A stretch of 64,000 bases of DNA from an uncultured Alphaproteobacteria bacterium. GTDB lineage: Bacteria > Pseudomonadota > Alphaproteobacteria > Rs-D84. The stretch is from contig CAKQNS010000001.1 in the NCBI GenBank assembly GCA_934255455.1, positions 33,826 through 97,825 on the forward strand. Direction: 5' to 3'. This document shows, piece after piece, positions 18,803 to 29,510 of the stretch; positions within the stretch are counted from its first letter, which is position 1, and the number at the start of each line of letters is the position of its first letter. The position numbers and the translations under genes were made by a program. The notes below the pieces were generated by a model. The model had not been told where the DNA came from. It saw nothing but the letters and a program-made list of their open reading frames with translations, and did no database searches.

Positions 18803-20446
18803 TCAGCATTTAATTTTTCGCATTACAACCATAATACCCGCCGGTGTCATACCCGGAATTCGCGACAGTGCCGCAATGTTTTCCGGCCGCGCCGCGGTCA
18901 ATTTTTCAACCAATTCATTGGTCAGCCCCGGCATATTTGCGTAATCTATATCGCGCGGAATCTTTAATTCCATATCACGGCGCATGGATGCAATCTCGCG
19001 CGCGTTGCGGGAAATATACCCGGTATAGAATTTATCGTTTTCATCCATTTCCGCCGCATGCAGTGCCATTTTTGCGTTGCGTAGCGCGGGCGCAATCAGA
19101 CCACATTCCACCGCCATATCGCCCAGACGCGCAATCGCGTTATCCGCACGCAGATTTAACCGATATTCCGCGCGTGATGAAAACATACGATATGGTTCGT
19201 CAACACCCAATGTTGTAATGTCATCAATCAATACGCCAATCATCGCATTCGTGCGATTTAGGTTTAACCACGGCGCATCCAGTGCACGCGCGGCGGCGTT
19301 CGCACCGGCAACGATACCTTGGGCGGCGGCCTCTTCATATCCGGATGTGCCATTTATCTGGCCGGCAAAAAATATGCCCGGTGCGTCGCGTGATTCGAGT
19401 GTACTATTCAGTGCACGCGCATCAATCGCATCGTATTCAATCGCATATCCATAACGTGCAATGCGTGCGTTTTCCAAACCTGGAATGGTGCGAATCCACG
19501 CGTCCTGGATATCTGTGCCAAAACTGGTTGAAATGCCGTTGGGGTAAATCAAATCGCTGTGCAATCCCTCGGGCTCCAGAAAAACATGGTGGGACGCGTG
19601 GTCTGGAAAACGCATGACCTTGTCTTCTAGGCTTGGGCAATAACGCGGGCCAGTACCACGAATGTCACCATTGTACATTGGGGCATTTGCAATATTGTCG
19701 CGAATTATTTGATGTGTCTTTTCGGTTGTATGCGTGATATAGCATACCGCAGAATAATTATTGTCCGCATTTGGCGCGGAAAACCAATCATGCGGCGTGT
19801 CGCCCGGTTGCAATTCACACACGGAAAAATCAATACTGTCGCGATAAATTCGTGCCGGCGTTCCCGTTTTCAGGCGCAATAATTTGAAACCATTTTCGCG
19901 TAACACGCCCGATATTACGGTATCGTTTTCTTGGTATGTGCCATCGTCTTGCAGGCGCCCCGACGCAATCTTTTCCGTGCCGCGCGTAACCAGACCCCCT
20001 AAAAACGTTCCCGTGGTCAGTACGATTGCGCGCGCCGAATATGTGCCATTTACAATTTTATTTTGTAAATCCAGTGATACAACCTTTTCAAATTTAATGG
20101 CAAGCCCCGGCAATTCCGCCAAAATTTTCACCACCGCATTGTGATACATTTCGCGGTCAATTTGTGCACGCAATGCGCGCGTTGCCGCACCATGTGATGC
20201 ATTCAGGGTTCGAAAATGAATTCCCGCCGCATCCGCCGCGCGTGGCATAACGCCACCCATTGCGTCAATTTCGGCAACCATTTGTGATTTACCGGGGCCG
20301 CCAATACTGGGGTTGCACGACATCGCGCCCAGGTCTGTTTCGCGTTGTGTTATCAACAATGTTTGTGCCCCACGACGCGCGGCGGCCGCCGCCGCTTCGA
20401 CGCCCGCATGTCCGCCACCAATAATGATTACATCAAATTCGGTCAT
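18803..20446 (-). CDS. mnmG: tRNA uridine 5-carboxymethylaminomethyl modification enzyme MnmG (GidA)
   Basis: FAD-binding N-terminus DVIIIGGGHAGVEAA and full-length GidA architecture. Confidence 0.95.
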   Translation of the reverse strand: MTEFDVIIIGGGHAGVEAAAAAARRGAQTLLITQRETDLGAMSCNPSIGGPGKSQMVAEIDAMGGVMPRAADAAGIHFRTLNASHGAATRALRAQIDREMYHNAVVKILAELPGLAIKFEKVVSLDLQNKIVNGTYSARAIVLTTGTFLGGLVTRGTEKIASGRLQDDGTYQENDTVISGVLRENGFKLLRLKTGTPARIYRDSIDFSVCELQPGDTPHDWFSAPNADNNYSAVCYITHTTEKTHQIIRDNIANAPMYNGDIRGTGPRYCPSLEDKVMRFPDHASHHVFLEPEGLHSDLIYPNGISTSFGTDIQDAWIRTIPGLENARIARYGYAIEYDAIDARALNSTLESRDAPGIFFAGQINGTSGYEEAAAQGIVAGANAAARALDAPWLNLNRTNAMIGVLIDDITTLGVDEPYRMFSSRAEYRLNLRADNAIARLGDMAVECGLIAPALRNAKMALHAAEMDENDKFYTGYISRNAREIASMRRDMELKIPRDIDYANMPGLTNELVEKLTAARPENIAALSRIPGMTPAGIMVVMRKIKC

Positions 20447-20449
20447 TTA

Positions 20450-21181
20450 TTAAAAACGCCCCATACCACCATTGATATTTAATGTCTGGCCATTGATATA
20501 TGATGCCTCGTCAGATGCCAAGAACACGCACGCGTTTGCAATGTCGTCGGGCATGCCGAAACGACCGGCTGGGATTTGTGCCAGATAAGTTTTCTTTAAT
20601 TCATCGGGCAAAACATCCGTCATTGGGGTCTGGATAAATCCTGGTGCAATACAATTCGCGGTGATGCCGCGCGATGCAACCTCGGCCGCGATGGATTTTG
20701 TCATTGCAATCATTCCCCCCTTGGACGCGGCATAGTTTGCCTGGCCCGGGCCACCGATAACACCAATAATAGACGCCATATTTATAATGCGGCCAAAACG
20801 ATTCTTCATCATCGGCATAATCGCCGCACGGCACATTTTAAAGCATGCACGCAGGTTTGTGTTGATAACATCGTCGAATTGTTCGTCGGACATACGCATC
20901 AGCAATGTATCCTTGGTAATACCGGCATTGTTGATTAAAATGTCGATTTTACCGGCGGCCTCTATTGTATTCATAACCAATTCAACCGCGCCGCCTTCGG
21001 CCGCCAGGTCACATGGTAATTTGATAAATCCATCACCACCAAATTCAGATTCCAGTTTTGCTATATTGCGACCCGACACAACAACCGTTGCGCCCGCGTC
21101 ACGCATTTTGTGTGCAATTGCACCACCAATTCCACCGGTTGCACCTGTAATCAGCGCAACGCGTCCTGTTAAATCAAACAT
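20450..21181 (-). CDS. fabG: 3-oxoacyl-ACP reductase
   Basis: SDR signature TGATGGIG with the YxxxK motif. The start is trimmed to MFDLTGR, downstream of the start in the ORF track. Confidence 0.9.
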   Translation of the reverse strand: MFDLTGRVALITGATGGIGGAIAHKMRDAGATVVVSGRNIAKLESEFGGDGFIKLPCDLAAEGGAVELVMNTIEAAGKIDILINNAGITKDTLLMRMSDEQFDDVINTNLRACFKMCRAAIMPMMKNRFGRIINMASIIGVIGGPGQANYAASKGGMIAMTKSIAAEVASRGITANCIAPGFIQTPMTDVLPDELKKTYLAQIPAGRFGMPDDIANACVFLASDEASYINGQTLNINGGMGRF

Positions 21182-21183
21182 AA

Positions 21184-22059
21184 TTATATCTCCAATTTTA
21201 TTGCGTTTATTTCTGGGCAAATTCTGGATGCCAGGCCCGTTAAAACATTGCCCGGTCCGATTTCAACCTGCTCGGTTATGCCCAGGCGATGCATGGTCAT
21301 AACCGTTTCGCGCCAACGCACACCGTGCGTCATTTGGTATACCAGTTCGGCCTTGATTTCGTTCACATCCGTCATTGGTTCGGCGGTTTTATTTGCTATA
21401 AATGTGGCGCGTGGTTGTGCAATTTCAATGTGCGCCAACGCCGCATGCATTGCATCGGCGGCTGGTGCCTGAATTCGGCAATGTACGGGTACCGACAACG
21501 CCAATGGCATTGCACGACGCGCGCCCGCATCCTTGGCCGCGGCCAGTGTCGCCTCGACCACATCTTTGGCGCCAGATACAACAACCTGGTTTGGACAATT
21601 GTCGTTTGCAACATCACAATCGGTTTTTGCGCAAATATCACGCACAACATCAATATCTAATCCCAAAATCACCGCGGTCAGACCATGCCCCACCGGCACC
21701 GCACTTTGCATCGCGTTTCCGCGTGCGCGCAGCAACCGCGCCGTGTCCGCCAACGATAATGCGCCCGCCGCGCACAAGGCGGTATATTCACCCAAACTGT
21801 GCCCCGCGACATATTCCGGTAATTTTTCGCCAGATGCACGCAACATGGCAATAGATGTTGCCATAATCGCTGGTTGAACATTTGCGGTCAATGTCAATTC
21901 GTCCATTGGGCCGTTAAAAATAATATCTGATAATTTCTGGTTTAATGCGTCGTCCACCTCGTCAAATACGGCGCGTGCAGCGGCATTATTTTCATACAGT
22001 TCGCGCCCCATTCCAACAGCCTGGGCACCCTGGCCAGGGAAAACAAATATGCGTGACAT
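21184..22059 (-). CDS. fabD: malonyl-CoA:ACP transacylase
   Basis: GHSLGEY active-site motif. The start is trimmed to MSRIFVFPGQGAQ. Confidence 0.9.
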   Translation of the reverse strand: MSRIFVFPGQGAQAVGMGRELYENNAAARAVFDEVDDALNQKLSDIIFNGPMDELTLTANVQPAIMATSIAMLRASGEKLPEYVAGHSLGEYTALCAAGALSLADTARLLRARGNAMQSAVPVGHGLTAVILGLDIDVVRDICAKTDCDVANDNCPNQVVVSGAKDVVEATLAAAKDAGARRAMPLALSVPVHCRIQAPAADAMHAALAHIEIAQPRATFIANKTAEPMTDVNEIKAELVYQMTHGVRWRETVMTMHRLGITEQVEIGPGNVLTGLASRICPEINAIKLEI

Positions 22060-22088
22060 AATTATTCCTTTGTTAAATTCAATATGAA

Positions 22089-22625
22089 TTATACTTTGCG
22101 AATACTGAATTCGCAACCGCAATAATTTTGACGGTAAAAATCAGACCCACGCCCAATTTGTTGGCGTAATTGTTCATTCCATTTTATTGGTACATAGCAT
22201 GCGCCCAGCACGCCCTGCCCCGCGGCGTCAACCTGTGATTGGTCTTTGTGACGCGATACGCCAAATACGGACGCCACCGCGGTGTATCCGTGCGCGCGGG
22301 CAAACGCGGCAGCATATTGAAACCGAAATTCGAAGCACCGGCTGCATCGTGCGCCACGTTCGGGCTCTTGTTCCAAACCCGCAATATGTGCGCGCCATGC
22401 CGCATGGTCATAATTGCCAACGGCATACTTTACGCCCAGTTTTTCACAATACTTGATTTGTTCATTCAGGCGTTTAGTGTATTCTGATTCTGGGAAAATA
22501 TTCGGGTTGAAAAACAGCACGATAAAATCGTCCACACCCGCAATTTCACCATTTGCCAACTGTTGAATTGCGCCGGCACTGCATGGCGCACAACATGACA
22601 TTAAAACCAGTTTTTCGTGTTCCAT
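22089..22625 (-). CDS. queH: epoxyqueuosine reductase QueH (DUF208)
   Basis: N-terminal CCAPCS cysteine motif plus a further conserved Cys pair (NYCGCEFS) characteristic of QueH. Confidence 0.7.
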   Translation of the reverse strand: MEHEKLVLMSCCAPCSAGAIQQLANGEIAGVDDFIVLFFNPNIFPESEYTKRLNEQIKYCEKLGVKYAVGNYDHAAWRAHIAGLEQEPERGARCSRCFEFRFQYAAAFARAHGYTAVASVFGVSRHKDQSQVDAAGQGVLGACYVPIKWNEQLRQQIGRGSDFYRQNYCGCEFSIRKV

Positions 22626-22626
22626 A

Positions 22627-24624
22627 TTATTTCACATACGCATCGCCGATTTTGGCGTCTGCGCCCAGTTCAATAATTTCATCGCCATTGTCATTTATGC
22701 CCAGTTCCGCGCCACTGCACATCATGCCAAACGATTCTGTGCCGGCAACAGTGCGCTGGGATATTGGTTTTTTCATATTTGGCAATGTTGCGCCAACCGG
22801 GGCCAGAACGCCAATCAACCCCGCGCGCACATTTGGCGCACCACATACGATTTGCAAATCGTGATTTGTGCCATCGTCCACTGTCAAGATATGCAGGTTT
22901 TCACGAGTTGGATGATTTTTTACCGCAACAATTTTTGCAACAACAGGCACGATTTTATTTTCATCGCGTGGGGCGTATTCTGCGGTCAGTCTTTCAACGG
23001 TTTCATCATCAATGCGTGCAAATAAATTTTCAGGTACGACAAATTCTGCACCATCGGCGATACGGGATTCAAACGCGTCTGGCCACGTCATATCATGTTT
23101 ATCTGCAAAAATACCCTGCATTTTTTCCGCGGCATTTGGTATAAATGGCGCAGATACGCGCGCATACAAATCAATCAACTGGAAACATTTGTTCAGCACC
23201 GCCGCGGCCCCAGCCATGTCGCCATTTTTTACCAGTGTCCATGGTTCGCACCGCGTCATATATTCATTGCCAATCGCGTATAATGCGCGCAATGCCGCAA
23301 CCGCATTGCGGAATTCGCACGCGTCCAGCGCGACTGTCAATTCAGATAATTTTTCATTTATATGGCCGTCCAGTTCTGGATCAGATTCCCCAGCCGCCGG
23401 CACAGCCGTACCAAAATTTTTCGCGGTTAATTTACAAACGCGTGAAACAAAATTCCCCAGCATACCGTTCAAATCCTTGTTCACGATATCGGCAAATCGC
23501 GTAAATGTGAAATCGGTGTCGTCTGTTTCGGGGGCCGACGCAATCAGCGCATAACGCCATGCGTCCGCCGGTGCGATTTCCAACGCGCCGTCCAAGAACA
23601 CACCGCGTTTTTCAGATTTGGAAAACTTGCCCCCTTCGAAATTCAGGAAATTCATGGACTTTAACATATCCACGGTTTTCCATCCGTCGTTCATCGCCAG
23701 TTGCTGTTCTGGGAAAAATACCGCGTGGAATTTTACATTATCCTTGCCCATAAATTGTGCATAGTGTGCGTCTGGGTTTTTCCACCAATCGGCCCAATTT
23801 TCACGCGCGGCCTGGGAAATTGAAACGTATCCCCAGGGTGCGTCAAACCATACATAAAACACCTTGTTTTCATATCCAGGTTTATTGACCGAAATTCCCC
23901 ACGGCAAATCGCGTGTGATTGATGTGTCGCGCAGACCTTCGCTGGCCCAACCCAATGCAATCGCACTGGCGGTCTTGGACCATTTTGGTGCGTGCGATTT
24001 TAACCACTCGCGCCATGTGTTTTCCACGCGTGATGCCATAAAGAACAGATTTTTGGTTGGGCGCATTTCAACGTCAGCGGCCCCAGAAATCGCACTGCGC
24101 GGATTTTTTAATTCGTCCACTTCGTATGTGGCGCCACATTTGTCACATTGGTCACCGCGTGCGTTTTCATAGCCACACTTTGGACATGTGCCCAGTAACT
24201 GGCGGTCGGCCAAAAACATATTATCGGTTGCCGAATAAGGTTGCAGTGTTTCGCGTTCCTCAATCAATCCTTGGGCGTCCAAGCGCGCGAACAATTCGTG
24301 AATCAGTTTTTCTTGGCGTTCGGTATGCGTGCGCCCATACAGGTCAAACGACAGGTTGAAATCATGCACCGCGCGCAAATGTTTTTCATACCATTTGTTT
24401 GCATAATCTGGAATTGACATACCATTTGCCGCCGCACCAACAACAACCGGCGTACCGTGTTCGTCCGCCCCACAAACGTACAATACGTCACGCCCGCGTG
24501 CACGGCAAAAACGTGCATAGATATCCGATGGCAACAAGCAGCCAATCAAGTGCCCCAGATGCAATTCACCATTTACGTATGGTAATGCAGATGTAATTAA
24601 ATATTTATTGCTTTTGTTTGTCAT
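22627..24624 (-). CDS. metG: methionyl-tRNA synthetase with C-terminal tRNA-binding (EMAP/Trbp111-like) domain
   Basis: HLGH and KFSKS motifs and a zinc knuckle (CPKCG...CDKCG). The start is trimmed to MTNKSNKYLITSALPY. Confidence 0.95.
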   Translation of the reverse strand: MTNKSNKYLITSALPYVNGELHLGHLIGCLLPSDIYARFCRARGRDVLYVCGADEHGTPVVVGAAANGMSIPDYANKWYEKHLRAVHDFNLSFDLYGRTHTERQEKLIHELFARLDAQGLIEERETLQPYSATDNMFLADRQLLGTCPKCGYENARGDQCDKCGATYEVDELKNPRSAISGAADVEMRPTKNLFFMASRVENTWREWLKSHAPKWSKTASAIALGWASEGLRDTSITRDLPWGISVNKPGYENKVFYVWFDAPWGYVSISQAARENWADWWKNPDAHYAQFMGKDNVKFHAVFFPEQQLAMNDGWKTVDMLKSMNFLNFEGGKFSKSEKRGVFLDGALEIAPADAWRYALIASAPETDDTDFTFTRFADIVNKDLNGMLGNFVSRVCKLTAKNFGTAVPAAGESDPELDGHINEKLSELTVALDACEFRNAVAALRALYAIGNEYMTRCEPWTLVKNGDMAGAAAVLNKCFQLIDLYARVSAPFIPNAAEKMQGIFADKHDMTWPDAFESRIADGAEFVVPENLFARIDDETVERLTAEYAPRDENKIVPVVAKIVAVKNHPTRENLHILTVDDGTNHDLQIVCGAPNVRAGLIGVLAPVGATLPNMKKPISQRTVAGTESFGMMCSGAELGINDNGDEIIELGADAKIGDAYVK

Positions 24625-24645
24625 AAATTGTGCCCCGTTTATTTT

Positions 24646-24677
24646 AATAAAAATGCGACGCCCAACGGGGCGTCGCA
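24646..24677 (-). terminator. intrinsic terminator immediately upstream of metG (minus strand)
   Basis: Read on the minus strand: tgcgacgcc-ccgtt-gggcgtcgca followed by tttttattaa. It ends about 25 nt before the metG ATG. Confidence 0.5.
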
Positions 24678-24780
24678 CAGAATCCCGTCAGAAATTTTTA
24701 TTCAAGATTAGTTCTGCATTCGCATTGTTTCTGTTTCCAATAATTTTATATTCCTTGTCCGACGCTGCGGTGAAAATTTG

Positions 24781-24857
24781 TGGTGGGTGGTATTGGACTC
24801 GAACCAACGACCTTTACGATGTCAACGTAACGCTCTAACCAACTGAGCTAACCACCC
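24781..24857 (-). tRNA. tRNA-Val (anticodon GAC)
   Basis: Reverse complement reads gggtggttagctcagttggttagagc...ttGACat...ggttcgagtcc...acccacca. The acceptor stem is perfect. Confidence 0.85.
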
Positions 24858-24902
24858 GAACATCGCGCATTATAACAAAGTTTTTCCCGATTGCAACATT
24901 AA

Positions 24903-25026
24903 AAAAGTTCAAATACCAAAGTGCAAAGTTCATCCGTCGCCGCTGCGCTCCGCCGTGATAAAAATAATGTGTGCGCCGGATGGCGCACTGCTTTATTCAT
25001 TTGAACTCTGAACTTTGAACTTTTAT
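24903..25026. repeat. dispersed modular repeat copy R2 (heptad agttcaa module, rc of the ggcggagcgccagcgg module, gcgcc..ggcgc palindrome, ctttattcatt module)
   Basis: Contains tgaactctgaactttgaactttt and gtgcgccggatggcgcactgctttattcatt. The same modules occur at 30615-30735, 36398-36495, 38465-38560 and 44470-44560. Confidence 0.5.
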
Positions 25027-25051
25027 TAAAAAACGCCCATGTGGGCGTTTT

Positions 25052-25052
<1 letters not shown>
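25027..25052 (-). terminator. mreB terminator (bidirectional hairpin)
   Basis: aaaaaacgcccatgtgggcgtttttt directly after the mreB stop codon. Confidence 0.6.
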
Positions 25053-26131
<1,079 letters not shown>

Positions 26132-26213
26132 CTATAAAACCAGAAATGACAAAAATCAAGAGTACCAAACGCAAAAAATATGCTTTTTTATTTGATTATT
26201 ACCAGATTGTGAT

Positions 26214-26573
26214 ATGATACCCGGCATGAGAAATACTATCAAGAATCATGACGATTTTATAATGATGGATGAAAATCCCAAGGCATTAAGCGCGTTTTTT
26301 ATTGTACGTGCCAAACCAGCCAAGTTCCCAAATGACCCGCGTGTTGGGTTTACTGCGACAAAAAAAACATTCCGTCATGCCGTTGACCGCAACCTGGCCA
26401 AGCGGAAAATGCGCGATTGGGTGCGCGCGCATGAATCGCGTTTATTGCCGAATATGGACTATGTTTTTATTGCGCGCCACGCAATTGGTGATGCATCGCG
26501 CGATGATGGTCGTGCCGCCATGGCGCGCGCGTTGCATTATATTGCACGCACGGCGGGTGGCGATGCCGAATAA
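26214..26573 (+). CDS. rnpA: RNase P protein component
   Basis: Small basic protein with [19 protein letters not shown], the RnpA RNR motif region; followed by yidD. No rpmH lies upstream. Confidence 0.75.
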   Translation: MIPGMRNTIKNHDDFIMMDENPKALSAFFIVRAKPAKFPNDPRVGFTATKKTFRHAVDRNLAKRKMRDWVRAHESRLLPNMDYVFIARHAIGDASRDDGRAAMARALHYIARTAGGDAE

Positions 26574-26814
26574 TCAGAAATCAATTTTTTCAACTGTGTG
26601 CCGTCGCGTGGCCATTTTTATGGTGCGCGCATATCAATGTGCCATTTCACCTTTTATTGGTGGCCGAGCGGCATGCCGTTTTACCCCCAGTTGCAGCCAA
26701 TATGCCGCCACTGCAATTGAAAAATATGGGGCGCTGCGTGGGGGAATTATGGCACTGCGCCGAATAATGCGGTGCCGGCCGGGTGGTGGGTATGGATATG
26801 ACCCTGTCCCTTGA
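26560..26814 (+). CDS. yidD: membrane protein insertion efficiency factor YidD
   Basis: [33 protein letters not shown], the YidD/DUF37 signature. Confidence 0.8.
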   Translation, partial: AMPNNQKSIFSTVCRRVAIFMVRAYQCAISPFIGGRAACRFTPSCSQYAATAIEKYGALRGGIMALRRIMRCRPGGGYGYDPVP

Positions 26815-26838
26815 CAAGTGTGATGATTATGGTAAAAT
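26811..26838 (+). promoter_or_regulatory. candidate sigma-70 promoter for accBC
   Basis: TTGACA, 16 nt, TAAAAT; 38 nt upstream of the accB ATG and overlapping the yidD stop. Confidence 0.4.
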
Positions 26839-26875
26839 TCCGACAACATACGGTAATTATAAAAGGATGTAAATT

Positions 26876-27313
26876 ATGTCTTTTCGTGCAACTGTTGAAT
26901 CTATGTCTAAAATCATGGACGACATGGGAATCACAGAATTGGAATTAGAACGCCAGTTTTTGTTTGGTGTTTATCGTAAACATATTCATTTGTCTAAACA
27001 GACGGCTGTTGCGGTATCTGGTGTTGCGACAACCGATGTAAACGCAAAGTGTGCACCAGCAGCGACGCGCGCAGAGAATAGCAATGCATTAAAATCGCCT
27101 ATGGTTGGTGTCGCCTATTTGGCGCCAGAACCCGGTGCAAAACCATTTACCAGTGTTGGTGCCACCGTGCATGTGGGCGATACCGTCGCGTTGATAGAGG
27201 CAATGAAAACATTTAACCCAATTAAATCTGACCGCGAAGGGGTCGTCAAAGAAATATTGGTGTCTGATGGTGCCGCGGTTGAATTTGATCAACCTATAAT
27301 TATTATTGAATAA
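26876..27313 (+). CDS. accB: biotin carboxyl carrier protein of acetyl-CoA carboxylase
   Basis: Biotinyl-lysine motif EAMKT in a C-terminal lipoyl-like domain. Confidence 0.9.
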   Translation: MSFRATVESMSKIMDDMGITELELERQFLFGVYRKHIHLSKQTAVAVSGVATTDVNAKCAPAATRAENSNALKSPMVGVAYLAPEPGAKPFTSVGATVHVGDTVALIEAMKTFNPIKSDREGVVKEILVSDGAAVEFDQPIIIIE

Positions 27314-27315
27314 TC

Positions 27316-28674
27316 ATGTCAAAGATAAAGAAAGTTTTAATTGCAAATCGTGGCGAAATTGCATTACGCATTATTCGTGCGTGTCGTGATATGGGCATTC
27401 GTACCGTCGCGGTGTATTCAACCGTTGATAAAAATGCAATGCATGTTCAATTGGCCGATGAATCTGTTTGTATTGGCCCCGGCCCGTCCAAGGATTCTTA
27501 TCTGAATGAATCTGCAATTTTAACGGCGGCGTTGTTGACCAATTCTGATGCAATTCATCCCGGGTATGGTTTTTTATCAGAACGCGCGGATTTCGCACAA
27601 AAGGTTATACAGCATGGTATGATTTGGATTGGGCCGTCGCCTGAAATGATTACCAAAATGGGGGACAAGGTCAACGCGAAACACACCGCAATTGAATGCG
27701 GTCTGCCGGTTGTGCCGGGGTCTGATGGTGCGGTTGACACGGTCGAAGATGCATTAAAATGGGCCGAGAAAATCGGATACCCCGTTATGTTAAAGGCCGC
27801 GGCCGGTGGTGGTGGGCGCGGTATGCGCGCGGTAATGGGCCCCGATGATATGCCGGCGGCATTTCAAATTACCAAGAACGAGGCACGCAGTGGTTTTGGT
27901 GACGACACATTGTATATGGAAAAATTGTTGTTGCACCCGCGTCATATTGAATTCCAGGTTTTAGGTGACACGCATGGCAATGTTGTGATTTTTGGTGAAC
28001 GCGATTGTTCGTTGCAACGCAAAAACCAAAAGGTAATGGAGGAATGCCCCGCTGCCGCCCTGACCCAGAAACAGCGCGACGATATGATAGAGGTATGCAA
28101 ATCTGCCGCGAAAAAAATGGGTTATACAAACGCCGGTACATTTGAATTTATGTTCCAGGATGGTAAATTCTATTTCTTGGAAATGAACACCAGATTACAG
28201 GTGGAACACCCGGTCACCGAAATGGTATATGGTGTTGATTTGGTACGCGAACAAATCCGCATTGCGGCGGGTGAAAAATTGGGATATACCCAGGCCAGCA
28301 TTGTTCCACACGGCCACGCAATTGAATTCCGCATCAATGCCGAAGATCCGGAAAACTTTATTCCAAACCCGGGCACAATTACATTATATGCGCCATCTGG
28401 TGGGTTGGGTGTTCGCGTGGACAGCGCGGTTTACACCGGATACACCATACCGCCAACATACGATTCAATGATTGCAAAATTGATTGTTCATGCACAATCG
28501 CGCAGTGCATGCATTATGCGTGCGGCGCGTGCGCTGGACGAATTCGTTATCGAAGGTGTAAAAACCACAATTCCATTGCAACAGAAATTGTTGAAAAACC
28601 GTGATGTTCAAAAATTAAATTTTGATAATCATTGGTTGGAAAACTATCTGAACAATGAAAAAGAAAAGAAATAA
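27316..28674 (+). CDS. accC: biotin carboxylase
   Basis: ATP-grasp protein with typical AccC N-terminus [23 protein letters not shown]. Confidence 0.95.
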   Translation: MSKIKKVLIANRGEIALRIIRACRDMGIRTVAVYSTVDKNAMHVQLADESVCIGPGPSKDSYLNESAILTAALLTNSDAIHPGYGFLSERADFAQKVIQHGMIWIGPSPEMITKMGDKVNAKHTAIECGLPVVPGSDGAVDTVEDALKWAEKIGYPVMLKAAAGGGGRGMRAVMGPDDMPAAFQITKNEARSGFGDDTLYMEKLLLHPRHIEFQVLGDTHGNVVIFGERDCSLQRKNQKVMEECPAAALTQKQRDDMIEVCKSAAKKMGYTNAGTFEFMFQDGKFYFLEMNTRLQVEHPVTEMVYGVDLVREQIRIAAGEKLGYTQASIVPHGHAIEFRINAEDPENFIPNPGTITLYAPSGGLGVRVDSAVYTGYTIPPTYDSMIAKLIVHAQSRSACIMRAARALDEFVIEGVKTTIPLQQKLLKNRDVQKLNFDNHWLENYLNNEKEKK

Positions 28675-28700
28675 AAACGGGGCATTTCGCCCCGTTTTTT
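28674..28700 (+). terminator. accC intrinsic terminator
   Basis: aaaacggggcatttcgccccgtttttt. The same hairpin family recurs at 29016 and 53326. Confidence 0.6.
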
Positions 28701-28722
28701 CAAACAGCCAAAGGACGAGATT

Positions 28723-28929
28723 ATGTTAAAAAGTAAAATTCTGACACCGGAAATTATCGAATCTATTGATAATACAATTCGTCTGATGAAGGAATTGCAT
28801 TTAGATAATGAACAAGATAAAAAACATATCGCTGGTCGTATTGCGGCATTAGAATGGATTAAGACCGGACAAGGTGGCAAAATTATAGTAAATGTTATCA
28901 ATGGACCATCAAACGGTCATTGCCAGTGA
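28723..28929 (+). CDS. hypothetical small protein (68 aa)
   Basis: ORF preceded by an aaggacgag SD; no family recognised. Confidence 0.35.
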   Translation: MLKSKILTPEIIESIDNTIRLMKELHLDNEQDKKHIAGRIAALEWIKTGQGGKIIVNVINGPSNGHCQ

Positions 28930-29028
28930 AACATTTTTTCACTTACTATCTTTCATTGCTCTCTGCTCTCTTTATCGTGGCGGAGCGCCAGCGGAGACGG
29001 ATGCTCTTTGCTCTCTAATAAAAAATGG
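28930..29028. repeat. dispersed modular repeat copy R3 (cattgctctct terminus plus ggcggagcgccagcggagacggatg module)
   Basis: tttcattgctctctgctctctttatcgtggcggagcgccagcggagacggatgctctttgctctct. Confidence 0.5.
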
Positions 29029-29047
29029 GGCTTTTGCCCCGTTTTTT
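29016..29047. terminator. bidirectional terminator (small ORF / sspB)
   Basis: aaaaaatggggcttttgccccgttttttatt. Confidence 0.5.
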
Positions 29048-29507
29048 ATTGTCGTTTTTTACGAAATTCATCCAGTGATACAACGCGGCCCGGGTCGGGT
29101 ACGGTTTCGGCGCGGTCGTCCAGTGGTAATTCCATATCATTGTCGGCGTCGGTAATGCTTTTGGGGTGAAACGGCAAAATGAAATCAACCGATGGATCCT
29201 TGAATTCAACCAGTGCGGAAAATGGTACGCGAATAAAAAATGGCCGGCCGTCAAATGTCAATTGAACACCAAACTCTTTGTCCGACACATGCAGGTTATT
29301 ATAAGAATATTGCAACACTATTGTCATAATATCTGGATAACGAATGCGCAAAAAATCCGGCAACACCACGCCCGGCGCGCGCGTTTTGAATGTTATGAAA
29401 AAATGTGTTCCATCGCCCAGCCCATTTACTTGCGCATGAATCAATGCGTCTTTGACAACAGATTTCAATGCGTTATCCAACAAAGTTTGATAATCAATTT
29501 TTGCCAT
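29046..29507 (-). CDS. sspB: ClpXP adaptor SspB-like (stringent starvation protein B family)
   Basis: The N-terminal fold pattern (LDNALKSVV..., IVLQYSYNNLHVSDKEFGVQLTFDGRPFFIRVPFSALVEF) resembles the SspB substrate-binding domain, and there is an acidic C-terminal tail. Confidence 0.5.
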   Translation of the reverse strand: MAKIDYQTLLDNALKSVVKDALIHAQVNGLGDGTHFFITFKTRAPGVVLPDFLRIRYPDIMTIVLQYSYNNLHVSDKEFGVQLTFDGRPFFIRVPFSALVEFKDPSVDFILPFHPKSITDADNDMELPLDDRAETVPDPGRVVSLDEFRKKRQ

Positions 29508-29510
29508 ATC

